Source: Octopus vulgaris | Taxonomy: Eukaryota | DNA length: 64,000 bases | Assembly (NCBI GenBank): GCA_951406725.2 | Contig: OX597824.1 | Coordinates: forward strand, 28,768,001-28,832,000 | Direction: 5' to 3' | Shown: positions 14,814-27,478 of the stretch, piece after piece | Layout of the letters: every line of letters begins with the position of its first letter | How positions within the stretch are numbered: position 1 is the stretch's first letter | Position numbers and translations under genes: made by a program | The notes under the pieces: model-generated | Told to the model about the DNA's origin: nothing | Seen by the model: the letters and a program-made list of their open reading frames with translations, nothing else | The model's database searches: none

Positions 14814-14867
<54 letters not shown>

Positions 14868-15528
14868 CGCGTGTGTGTGTATACATACATATATATATAT
14901 ATTATAGTATATATACATATATGTGTGTGTGTATGTATGTATGTGTGTATATATACAAAGTGAGAGAGAGTGGGAGAGGATAAAAAGAATACAAACACAC
15001 ATATATATATACACACATAAACACGTATATACATTCAGCTGTGTATATATATATATTTGTACTTTGTATCTTCGAGTGTGTATATACATATATATATATA
15101 TATATATTTATATAAACAGACATGCAGTTACCTCCGTGTTTAGGTGCACACACAAGCACACACACCCAATACACACACGCATACACACAAATATACACAT
15201 GCACACATACACACACATACACACACACACACATACGCACGCATGATATAATAATACAAAATACATTATCGCCGTCGCTTCCATTGCCAGAACACTTTAT
15301 AACGTCACATCGCCGCCGCATCATATCTCTTTCTCTTACGTCCTTATCCCCACAAGCAGGCAAACTTCAAACTTATCTAAAATATTTTGTGGCATCAGAT
15401 CCTATCAATGGCTATAACTTGATAAAACAAATATCTCTTCATTATAGTTGATATCTCTTTTTATTGCATCAATGCACCTGTCTTTCATTGCAGATAATTA
15501 ATTCGTTTTTATTTCACTTCATTTTATG

Positions 15529-15586
<58 letters not shown>

Positions 15587-15606
15587 TTATTTCTGCATAT
15601 ACTTCA

Positions 15607-15642
<36 letters not shown>

Positions 15643-15726
15643 TTGTTTGTTTTTGTTTATATTTCTATACACAGGTATTATATTTGTTTGTGTGTATCGT
15701 TATTATTTATATATATATATATATAT

Positions 15727-15761
<35 letters not shown>

Positions 15762-16211
15762 GTTTTGATGCAAGCTGGTAAGAAAGTTAAAAGACCTGTC
15801 TTGTCTCTTCTTATCGCGCATTCAAACTGACTTCCAACCACCACCTGATACCCACCTTTACCTCACTCCAAACATCGAAAAATCTTTGAGACTGCCATCT
15901 CATGATAGTATTATAGATATCAATAATAATGAAATGCCAGTGTTCATGGTGTTGCCTTTTTTATTATTCTCTTGTTTTTTCCTAGTTATTATTTTTTTTC
16001 TTTTTGGTGGAGGTGTCTTTTGTTTGCATATACCGTTTATATGCGAGGATCTTGAATTTTTTTCTTAATATTTTTATAATTTCTTCTTCATAAACTGTGG
16101 TAGTTTTCTTTTGTTTTAGGATCTCCATTTCTTTAAGCTCATTTCATTAGAAAACTGTGACATCCAAAACCGTATGACTTACATAAAGTAAGCCATTTTA
16201 AGAATAATAAT

Positions 16212-16272
<61 letters not shown>

Positions 16273-16275
16273 TAA

Positions 16276-16455
16276 CCCTTTCTATTGGAAGCACAACGTC
16301 TATTACAACGACTCCAGTGTGTAACTAGTACTTATTTAATCGGTCCCGAAAGGATAAAAGTCAAAGTCGACCTCGGCGGAATTTGAACTCAAGAACGTAG
16401 CGGCAGAAGAAATACTGCTAAGCATTTCGCTCGGCGATTCTGTCAGCTCACCGCC

Positions 16456-16456
<1 letters not shown>
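16276..16456 (-). mobile_element. SINE family B between (TAA)n tracts
   Basis: Reverse complement of the family B head and central domain. Confidence 0.85.
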
Positions 16457-16530
<74 letters not shown>

Positions 16531-16690
16531 TGGCCTTCTACATTATTTACATTATTTACATTCGACGGATTTTTGTCTTCAACTTGTTCGTTGTTGACAC
16601 GTTTCGGCTGATATACCCTCCAGCCTTTTTCAGGTGCCTTGTGGAAATTTCGAACCTGGGTTCTCATTCCTAAGGTATTTTTCGATGTTG
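16531..16690 (-). mobile_element. 3' part of a tRNA-headed element with decayed HHR-like motif (16596-16638)
   Basis: Minus strand GGCAC-CTGAAAA-A-GGCTG gagggtatat CAGCC-GAAAC-GTGTC, then a (AATGTAAAT)n tail. Confidence 0.6.
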
Positions 16691-16725
16691 TTGTTGCTAT
16701 GATTACTATTAATATTATTATTATT

Positions 16726-17273
16726 CTATGTTTGACTTTTGCTTTACATTTGTACAAGTTGGCTCCAAGTCTCACCCAGAGACCTCAAGAGACAACAAGT
16801 TGGAAGTTCATGTTGGTGTTATGCCTAGGATGCCATATATTTGGTTTTGTACATAGTGTTGTTCTAGAGAATGTTTAAGAAACCATAAGAAAATTATGTT
16901 TGTTTTAAAACTTGAGATTACATAGAAAGTATTTGGCGTTGAATATGAGCAGTGCCCAGGAGCACTATCTTTTGGATTTTTTGCCATTTTGGGGTTTCCT
17001 GATATCTGAGCTAGGTAACAATCAGCACCTTTTGCTATCATACCCAGGGCACCTATGACAATAGGTATTGTTTTAGTCTTCTTCAGGTTCCACATTTTGC
17101 TAGTTTCTATTTCATGATCTTTATACTTGCTCAGTTTTTGGTAGGTCTTGATAGATACATTTATATTGATTGGGACAGTCATATCAATGACGAGGCATGA
17201 TTTTTGTCTGAAATCTTTCAATATGATGTCTTGTCTATTTGCATCTATCTCTCTGTCAATTTGAATGGTGAAG
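16726..17273 (-). mobile_element. R4/Dong-like non-LTR retrotransposon, 5'-truncated (restriction-like endonuclease region + 3'UTR + (TAA)n tail)
   Basis: DREIDANRQDIILKDFRQKSCLVIDMTVP...KLSKYKD...IPIVIGALGMI. Inserted in a (TAA)n tract, as known for Dong. Confidence 0.88.
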
Positions 17274-17330
17274 TATTATTATTATTATTATCATTATTAT
17301 TATTGTTGTTGTTGTTGTTGTTGTTGTTCA

Positions 17331-17403
17331 GGTCACTGTTTGGAATCGAACTCGGAATCTTGGGGTTAGTAGCCTGCGCTCTTAACCACTACGCCATATG
17401 CCC
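17331..17403 (-). mobile_element. tRNA-like Pol III head (A and B boxes) of a SINE-like element
   Basis: GGGCATATGGCGTAGTGGTTAAGAGCGCAGGCTACTAACCCCAAGATTCCGAGTTCGATTCC; stems pair poorly, so not a functional tRNA. Confidence 0.75.
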
Positions 17404-18193
17404 GCTGCTACCTTAGATATTCTTACTGATAAATGGTAAGGAAAACTCCTCAAAAGAGTTAATAGTGCTGATGTTGACAAAGCCCTTACACATCAAAGGT
17501 TAGTGTCTTCTGGCATAAAATCAGAAACAGAAGGGTTTATCATAGCAGCCCAAAATCAATGCTTACCTCCAAAAAATTACCAGGCCAACATATTAAAGAG
17601 CAGCAGCTGCCTAACATGTCGTGTATGTCAACACCAAAATGAAACCATTGATCATGTTGTCTCCATGTGCAGTCTACTTGGGCCTACATAGTATCTCAAC
17701 AGACATGATAGAGAAGCACAATATATTCACTGAGTAATTTGTAAAAAACCTGGACCTGCCCCATGATAAAAACTAGTGGGAACACGAACTACCTCCAGTG
17801 CTTGAAAAGGATCACATCTCACTCCTCTGGAACTTCGCCATTCGAACTGACAGAAAGATAGATGCGAATAGGCCAGAAAGACTTCGTACAAAAATCATGC
17901 CTCCTCATTGATATGACTGTCCCAATCGATATAAATGTATCTATCAATATCTACCCAAAACTGAGCAAGCATAAAGATCTTGAAATGGAAATTGGTAGAA
18001 TGTGTAATCTCAAGACTAAAACAATACCTGTTGCCGTAGGTGCCCTAGGAATAATAGTAAAAGGGGATGATTGCTACCTAGCTCAGATACCAGGAAACAC
18101 GAAAATGGAAGAAATTGAATAGATAGTGCTCATTAGAACTCCCCATATCCTACGTAAAGTACTGTCTATGTAATCTCAAATTTTAAAACAAAC
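17404..18193 (+). mobile_element. R4/Dong-like non-LTR retrotransposon fragment (CCHC zinc knuckle + RLE endonuclease), decayed
   Basis: KSETEGFIIAAQNQCL...CRVCQHQNETIDHVVSMC...RHD...TDRKIDANRP...LIDMTVP...KLSKHKDL...PVAVGALG, with stops and frameshifts. Confidence 0.92.
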
Positions 18194-18726
18194 TCGTATC
18201 GAACTCGTGAGTTTATAAGGAACCTATCCCAAAGTAAGGAAACCTTGCTCGCGATAGTTAGGAAAGAGTATTGAGTGCAGAGAAAAAGGAAAACAAAAGA
18301 ACAAAAAGATCATGAAGAACTACGCAACCAGGGACTACACAATCAATTCCATGTAGCCACAACAGAAGTTGCAGGAAAACATAGGTGGGACTGGTAGTGA
18401 ACAGCTGACACAGTAGAAAATCTCCAGCGTTAAAAGCTGTGCAAAGGCAATGATAATAATACTGATTCATTCTGCTAGAGGCATACGGCCTGTTATTTGT
18501 GGGGAAGGACTCGTCAATTATATCGACCCTAGTTACTTCACTGGTACTTATTTTAACTAACATAAAGTTCATTCTTCATTATATATTCATTATATATAGA
18601 GAGATATATTTACATGCACACGCACTCATGCCGACATACACAGAGAAAAGTGTGTGAGTGCGTGTTCGCGCGAGTGCGTGCGTATGTATTTTTACTCTGA
18701 CATATGTATGCAATCTCGCATATATA

Positions 18727-19042
18727 TAGGGCCGGATTTATATAGGGTCGAAGAGGGCAATTACCCTTGGAATCCACTAAATATAGGGCCCTCCTGCTAT
18801 GAAGGGTATATAGCACTCAATACAGGAGGCCCCACCTCTCAGCAAACTTGCAGAGGTTCTCTTCCAGTAAACAAACATATCTTTAAAATGTAATGGGCCC
18901 TCTTTTTTTTATAAATAACCGAAGTTTTAACTACATTAGTGACATCAAATCATTCCATTAAAAGATACTTTTAATTTTTATTCTTGCCCATGAGGGGGAT
19001 CACCAAATTTGAAGTACCACCCATGATTCAAATACGGTCCTG
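18727..19042. mobile_element. Non-autonomous hAT-type element (MITE)
   Basis: Imperfect TIRs TAGGGCCGGATTT / AAATACGGTCCTG; 8-bp flanks CATATATA / GATATATA (7/8 match, TSD-like). Confidence 0.65.
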
Positions 19043-19847
19043 GATATATAAACACACGCATGTATAATAAGCTTATTCACAGCTGTATACATACAGGTAC
19101 AAAACATTAAATATTGAGCTACATCTATACACGCTTGAAAGATAATATAAAGCGATCATGAAATACAAAGTCACTCATACATCATATTACATAACAATTT
19201 TGGCCTTTGATATAAATTTTCAATACTAAAACAGAAGTGTTTTAATGTTCTACATGTATGAGATGTACAGTATAGTTTACAAAAGATTTAGTTACAAATG
19301 AATAAGGAAATGAGGTTAGTAAAAAAACGCGATACAACTATAAACTGTGTATTATATAATCGCGAACATGTAATATAATACAACGTGATATATCATTTAA
19401 TATAATATGTCAATCTACATAATATTATAAACGATGTAAAATAATGTAATGACTATAATTTTATACGATGCAACAAAATATAACATATTATTTTGTAGAA
19501 CATAATGTAGCGCTGCTTGTTATTCTAGAACTTTAAACAATGTAACGTTATTTAATATAATGTAGATAATACAAAGAATACAATCACAGACACACATGCT
19601 CACACAAATACCACACACACACATACACAATACAAGTATACACACACATATTTGTTTTTATATATAGTTATGATAAAAGCAATTTTACATTAATCTGATG
19701 GTTTACACTATATTTTTGCAGAGTAAAAATTTATTACTCTTAGACAAGAATGCTATTGACAATGGCTTCGGAGTCTTGGCCAGTGAAGCCATCGTCAGAC
19801 TATTTAAGAAAAACATATACGCATGTGTGTGGCGTGTATGTGTATGA

Positions 19848-19891
<44 letters not shown>

Positions 19892-19893
<2 letters not shown>

Positions 19894-20061
19894 TCGTGAG
19901 TTTCATCACACACAACATGGACCAAAGTTCTTCTTAAGAAAAAATACATTTTCAAATAAGTAAAACATAATATCATGAATAGCAATAGCGAAACCGGTCG
20001 ATATATTAAACATTATATTAAAACTATGTAAGTATGCGTATTTTCCTTTTTTAATTTCTCA
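19892..20061 (+). mobile_element. PLE 3'-end fragment between (TA)n tracts
   Basis: Starts with REFHHTQHGPKFFL (resembles the PLE C-terminal RxE....C.H..KF.L motif), followed by an HHR and a tail homologous to 25540-25723. Confidence 0.7.
19970..20004 (+). ncRNA. Minimal type I hammerhead ribozyme candidate, A3-U8 core variant
   Basis: ATATC-ATGAATA-GC aata GC-GAA-ACCGGT-C-GATAT: stem I, core, 2-bp stem II, palindromic stem III, GUC triplet. Confidence 0.7.
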
Positions 20062-20084
20062 TATATATATATATATATAAATTT

Positions 20085-20462
20085 AAATAATAAGGGTGAA
20101 AAATTGAATATTAATTTGATTAATATCAATTTAAAATCAGTGGCCTAGCATATTGATAAATCTGAGGATTCATAAAAATTGTATTACATACATATAAGAG
20201 AGATGACCACTAAGTGGACATCCATTATGCTAGAGGTAGACCCCCATATGGTCTGACCACTAAGAAAAGAAGAAATTCAGCAAACGTAAGCGAGCAAGAC
20301 AAATGAAAAGATACAAAATCTATATTTATAATTTGTATCCTTTCATTTCTCGCTTAGGTTCTGGCGTTTGCTGGATTTTCTTGAGAACAATATTTTCATA
20401 GTGGTCAGACCATATGGGTCTACCTCTAGCATAATGGATGTCCACTTAGTGGTCATCCCTCT

Positions 20463-20469
<7 letters not shown>
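20085..20469. mobile_element. Foldback element (~280-bp near-palindrome 20190-20469) with one-sided tail
   Basis: ACATATAAGAGAGATGACCACTAAGTGGACATCCATTATGCTAGAGGTAGACCC...GGTCTGACCACTA is inverted almost perfectly at 20399-20469; inner arms also pair. Confidence 0.85.
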
Positions 20470-20557
<88 letters not shown>

Positions 20558-20805
20558 GAAATATGTTACAAAAAGCAAATAGAAACTACACGTGGTAATG
20601 TAGGGGAAAGTAAAAAAAGATATATACAATTAGATGAACTGAGGTAGGAATAAAAGTAAAAGATGTCATTATTGTGAAATTAATAAAGAGATTCAAGCAT
20701 ATCGGCGTAAGTTGCTATTCATTGCTTTGAATGCACACCGATTAATGAACGGTGTCAGGCCTAATAGTTCCTGAGAAAACAGATGATTTGTAAGGGAGGT
20801 AAGTG

Positions 20806-20969
<164 letters not shown>

Positions 20970-21004
20970 GTATTATGTATGTATGTATTTATGTATAGAT
21001 ATAT

Positions 21005-21598
21005 AAATGTAAGATCCAAAGATCGAGGTACAACAAGAAGTTAGGTTCAAGCAATCCATAGAAAATATAAAAAGCAACTTTCAGGAACAATAGTTTTATT
21101 TTTGGGTGCGGAGGCCAAGGTTGTGGATTTTTTCGTATAGCAGTACGATAAGTTGAAACTAATTGTTTTATATTTCACGGTTGGCAACCATTGTTGCCAG
21201 GTTTGCGAATGAAAATACGAGAGTTGAGCAATGGAGCAGATAAGATGCGGACTACACAAGTTTCATAGCGAGCGAAACCTCGTAAGTAGTAAATATTCAA
21301 GCGAGGTGTATACTGCAGGCTACACTTCGGGCCAAAGGTATCTTGATTAAATGAAGTTTACATTGTCGATAGGAAGATTATGTTAACACAAGGTCGATTC
21401 GGTCAAAATGCGTGATCGAATCTTCTATGGGTTAACATGTACCTCCATACAACAATGTAAACTTTCGTTAATCAAGATACCCTTGGCTTGAAGGGTAACC
21501 TGCGATATACACTTAGCTTAGATGTTTACCACTTGTGAGGTTCCGCTGGGTATGAACTATATCTAGCCTGGATCTTCTCTACTCCATTCCTTAACTCT

Positions 21599-21602
<4 letters not shown>
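21005..21602. mobile_element. Foldback element (~390-bp hairpin 21215-21602) with unpaired left flank
   Basis: Arms of ~170 bp, e.g. GGTATCTTGATTAA..AAGTTTACATTGT vs ACAATGTAAACTT..TTAATCAAGATACC; ends in (TA)n. Confidence 0.85.
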
Positions 21603-21658
<56 letters not shown>

Positions 21659-21757
21659 CGTGTGTGTGTGTGTATGCATGTATGTATATGTATGTATGAC
21701 ATATATTTACATTTATATATATATATATTTACATATATACATACAGACAGACGTGCA

Positions 21758-21804
<47 letters not shown>

Positions 21805-21959
21805 ACTGCGAGGATATATTAACCTCTTAAAGGGATAGCCCTGGTGATATTTTATTCTAAATCTTCAAAATGCAAATTGTGTAAATTGAAACAACTCTAG
21901 TCTTAGCAATATGTTAATAAATAAATTCATCTATATCCATTGAAAGTCTCCATTTTTTA

Positions 21960-22019
<60 letters not shown>

Positions 22020-22020
<1 letters not shown>

Positions 22021-22440
22021 TGTGGCCCAACAGCTTAACGGCACGGTCTCTAACGACATGTGCTAAAATCAAGAAGAACAGAGTTTATCTAACGAGATAA
22101 AATTATATGAGGATACACTTCCGTACACCAAGCGGTGCACTACAACCAGTTGTACAGTATCTCACTCGTGAGAGATCGGTGCAGCATGGGTCGAAACGAA
22201 CGTTGTGAGCAATGAATTTTCACGTATATTCCATTTTCTTTCTCTGTCGTTTGCTATTGGCCTAAATTGCCGTGCAGCAGGACTGAGCATGGGGCCATAA
22301 GCTTGGAATTGTGATCTTCTAAAGCACACGGTTATGACTGTGTTTATGATAATATATACTATATGATTTAGAAAATTATAATCAAGACCTTTTGTCAAGG
22401 GAAATTCTACATAAATTTATATGTAAAGAATTAATATACT
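22020..22440 (+). mobile_element. PLE-type tail between (TA)n tracts, with decayed HHR-like motif (22161-22209)
   Basis: CTCAC-tcgtgaga-GATC...GGTC-GAAAC gaac GTT-GTGAG: stems I-III present, 5' core degenerate. Confidence 0.5.
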
Positions 22441-22447
22441 TACATAC

Positions 22448-22493
<46 letters not shown>

Positions 22494-22671
22494 GCGTGTG
22501 TGTGTGTATGAGAGAGAGAGTATGTGTGTCTTTGTATATATACATATCATGTTTGTATTTTGTATGTAGGTATGTATTTATGTATGTATGCAAATATATA
22601 TGCAAGTATTATGTATGCATATTTATATATATTTATATATACATATATACATATGTATGTATGTATGAATG

Positions 22672-22789
<118 letters not shown>

Positions 22790-23027
22790 TATATTGTGTG
22801 TGGACATCTTTGCGCTTTGTTAAACTGCAGCATCGTTAGATGTAGACAATTACGTTAAATACAATATTACCAATTGACTGTATACTGTTTACTCCATAAA
22901 TTACATTTAAATATATTGTATTTTATGGAATTGTATTACATGCAGGTTTCAATGTAATGGCCAAAGTATATATGCATGCATGTATGTGTGTATATGCAAG
23001 TACGTATGTATATACTTCAATATATAA

Positions 23028-23076
<49 letters not shown>

Positions 23077-23105
23077 GTATATCTACAAGCATACAAATAC
23101 ACAAA

Positions 23106-23142
<37 letters not shown>

Positions 23143-23184
23143 CGTGTACATATATGCCTATATATTTATTATGTAATATATATG

Positions 23185-23216
<32 letters not shown>

Positions 23217-23919
23217 ATGTAATTCTACGATAATTCTGCATAGATATACAAGTGTATATATATTTACGCATATATTCCTATGATTTATATGTACTTAGAT
23301 ACACACTGCCATGCTTTCGTGTGTCCATATATTTGTATGTATAATTATGGTCTCGTCTGTGTGTGTGTACGTGGGTGTGTATGTGTGCTTGCTTGTGTGT
23401 GTAAATACATGGAGTTAAGTTAAACAAGAATTCACGTTGGTAGTAAATTAGTGAATTAATATATAAAAGAATGAGATTTTGTTGGGAAATAATATAAACA
23501 AACGTCTCATGCCAGAACGCGCGCACACACACACACACACATACACATACGCATAGATGTATACATCCATCGACACACACACACACATATATGTAAAAAT
23601 CGTTATTCACATATGCACACACAAGTGTATATGTTTAATTATATAAACAAAATATTTGAATAGATAATATTAATTAATTAAATGAATAAACAAAGTTTTT
23701 TTTATCAATTTGAAATTAAAATCATATGAAACAAGTTCATTCATATTTGAAGAATAAATCATGTTGAAAATACTTAGGAAAGTAAATGTTTCTAACCGTG
23801 CATTGTAATATTAGTTTTAATTTTAATTATAGTGAATGTATATATACATAAAAATGCACACACACACACACACACTCACACACATACAGTCAAGTACACA
23901 AAGACACACACACTTTATC

Positions 23920-24440
<521 letters not shown>

Positions 24441-25159
24441 AAAATAATACTACATGCTCCTCAAGTGCAGAGATGTGTTTTAATTACAAGATATTTAGCA
24501 ATGGACTCAGTTTAAAGAATACTTAGGAAAGTATTAAATAATATAGTATGGAGTGTAATGCAATTAGAAAAATGCACGGAAAATATGTTAACAAATCTGA
24601 AGAGATATTGGCTAGAAGCGTCTACCCTCTAAAATGCCGAATGCATATATAAGTGGTTCTGTGTTGGTTAAAAGGAATTTTCGGGAGTAAAAGAAGAGTT
24701 ATTTCTCATGGATTGATGTTAACAAGTCGAAATGTGACTGTATTTATACAAATATAATCTTCCGTAGTCAAAAAAAAAACATGACCATCTCGCTAAAACT
24801 AATCTCCACTCGTGCGGGCAGCATACAACATGTTTGCCTTTTGAGTTGGAGAAAACTTCAGAATTGTGGAGGTCTTTTGAATAATTTCATCTCAGCCAAG
24901 CAGACCCTGCGTTGCATCGGGCATTTCCCTTTAGGTATGTGCCAGACTTCTCCAACAAACTCCAACTGATTTTATGCGAGGTTGCAGCTGTACTTAATCG
25001 GCATATACAGTTAGCTTTGGAGTATTATTTTTACTCATATTGAGTATGGATTTCTCTCTGCTCGATGGGCAAATATATACACACACACACACACACATTT
25101 GGTACCACATTATTCACCCTAACAAAGTCTCTCGTATAAGTGTATATATATATACACAT

Positions 25160-25497
25160 CCGGAGACCCCATTCGGTCACGAATTTCCATGGGACTACAC
25201 CTTGAAATTTACCCTCAGTGGCACAAGTATGGACAAAGTTGTTTATGGAAGATCAGCAGTCGCCCATGCATACCAGCCTCCACTCTCCATGCCACCGATG
25301 TTATCCAAGGGAAAGGCAAAGTCCGATACAGCTTGGCACCAGTGACATCACAACACATTTCTACTGCTGAGTAAGCTGAAGCAATGTGAAATAAAGTGTG
25401 TTGCTCAAGAATACAACACACAGTCCGGTCTAGGATTCGAACTCACAACTACACGGTCATAAGTTCGGCGCTCTAGCCACTCAGCCATGTGCCTTCA
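25160..25497 (-). mobile_element. tRNA-derived SINE, D-type head with a 3' domain resembling the cephalopod Ceph domain
   Basis: Minus strand: A box TGGCTGAGTGG, B box GTTCGAATCC, CORE-like TTCTTGAGCAACACACTTTATTTCAC, then GGAGGCTGGTATGCATGGGCGACTGCTG...; the domain name is from memory. Confidence 0.8.
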
Positions 25498-25539
25498 CAC
25501 ACACACACATATATATATATACATATATATATATATATG

Positions 25540-25723
25540 AGAAAAATAAAAACGGAAAATACGCACACTTGGATGGTTATAGTATAATTTTTAATGTATC
25601 GACCGGTTTCGCAATCGCTATTCATGATACAATGTTTAATTTATATGAAAATATATTTTTTTGATACATTAAAAATTATACTATAACCATGTAAGTGTGC
25701 GTATTTTCCGTTTTTATTTTTCT
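25540..25723. mobile_element. Head-to-head PLE-type foldback element with 61-bp arms
   Basis: 25540-25600 and 25663-25723 are reverse complements at 59/61; an HHR lies on the minus strand at the inner end of the left arm. Confidence 0.85.
25595..25631 (-). ncRNA. Minimal type I hammerhead ribozyme candidate, A3-U8 core variant
   Basis: TGTATC-ATGAATA-GC gatt GC-GAA-ACCGGT-C-GATACA. Confidence 0.72.
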
Positions 25724-25778
25724 TATAGACATTACAATCCACCACGTGGGGACAACTGAAATTCCTCTTTTCTGTTAC

Positions 25779-25812
<34 letters not shown>

Positions 25813-25831
25813 CCAATAACATCGATGGCCG

Positions 25832-25892
25832 GATGACTGAAGAGATGGCGGCGTGGATTTCCACCCCGACATCCGAAACTCGGAGTTTTATC
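25832..25892 (+). ncRNA. Type I hammerhead ribozyme candidate in a 120-bp island between (TA)n tracts
   Basis: GATGA-CTGAAGA-GATG.CGG.GTGGA tt TCCAC.CCG.CATC-c-GAA-ACTC g GAGT-T-TTATC. Confidence 0.7.
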
Positions 25893-25927
25893 ATGGTTAC
25901 CGAATAATTGTCACATATTACATTTAC

Positions 25928-26003
<76 letters not shown>

Positions 26004-26839
26004 GAGAGTGTGCGTGTTTGTGTGTACGTATATATGTGTGTGTGTAATGCACATGTGCTTTTGTCAAAATGACGTACAGAAAATCTCTCGGTTACAGATG
26101 TTTCCACGAGTATTAGTAATAATTTTAATAGCTGTCTATCGGTAAATGTTATTGGTTATTCTATAACAAAAGATCCAAATTCACTGATCAGACCTTAGAC
26201 ATGTCAGCTGTGAATTGAGGGCTTTAACTGCTTTATTTAGCTAGTTCAAGAACCGCTTTAAGATGTCTCCTTGGTAGTTTGCCTTTTCGGCGACGTCGAT
26301 AGCAACATCATTCAAGATAGTCGTGGAATAGAATGATGCGAAAAGAGTTAATAGTAAACATTTTTGTCGATGGTAACGATAATGGTGTTTGTGTTAACGA
26401 CTGTGGTGATGTTGGTAATAGTCGTAATAGACATGGTGGTGGGGGGTGAGTTGTGAAGATGTTGGTGGTTGTGTTGGTGGTGGTGGTACAGACAATGACA
26501 TTAGTAAGTGAAAGTACTCGTGGTGGTAGTGGTGGTGATGATGATGATGATGATGATGATGGCGGGGATAGGGGGAGTGATAGGGGGAAGTAAACGTGGC
26601 AAAGGGATAATGTGCTGAAGACGCTGCCGATGGGGACGGTGGGAAAAGCTATAAAACCAAATGTCCTAAAAACAACTAATGCAATGATTTATCGTGCTAA
26701 AATTTGACAGCAGCGCACTTAGTGAATTAAACAATTTCATATATGTGAATGATGCACACACATATATATGTATATATATATATATATATATATACATATA
26801 TATAGACATATATATATACATATATATATATATACATAC

Positions 26840-26879
<40 letters not shown>

Positions 26880-27089
26880 GCATGTATGTATATAAGTTCC
26901 AGTACAGTATATACCTATATGTGAGTGTAAAATGCCTGGGTGCATTAAAAAAATCACATATATCTATTTTATCATATATATTTAATTATATATGCATAGG
27001 CAATAATATACGTGTATGTATGCGCCTGTATTTATATATAAGCATATATGCTCATGCAAATATATGAATATAGATACATACGTACATAC

Positions 27090-27127
<38 letters not shown>

Positions 27128-27412
27128 ACAAACACACATATGTGTATATCATTATGTATATAAATAGATGTACATAAATATACACATGAAATTTTTATGT
27201 GTGTATTGGTGTGCGCATGCGTGCGTTTGTGTGGCTATATCTGAGCCAGTCCGTGTAAACGAATTCCATACACAGCTATTTGTATATATATATATATATA
27301 TATATGGCAAAGGACCTGAGATAACTAGACGTATACGACGATTACACACATTTAGACATACAAATACACACATATCCACTCACGCACACTAACACACACA
27401 CATTTATATATC

Positions 27413-27478
<66 letters not shown>

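Noticed and set aside
17331-17403. Possible tRNA-Ser(ACT) gene
   Set aside because: Acceptor, anticodon and T stems pair poorly; treated as a SINE-like head. The same applies to all other SINE heads.
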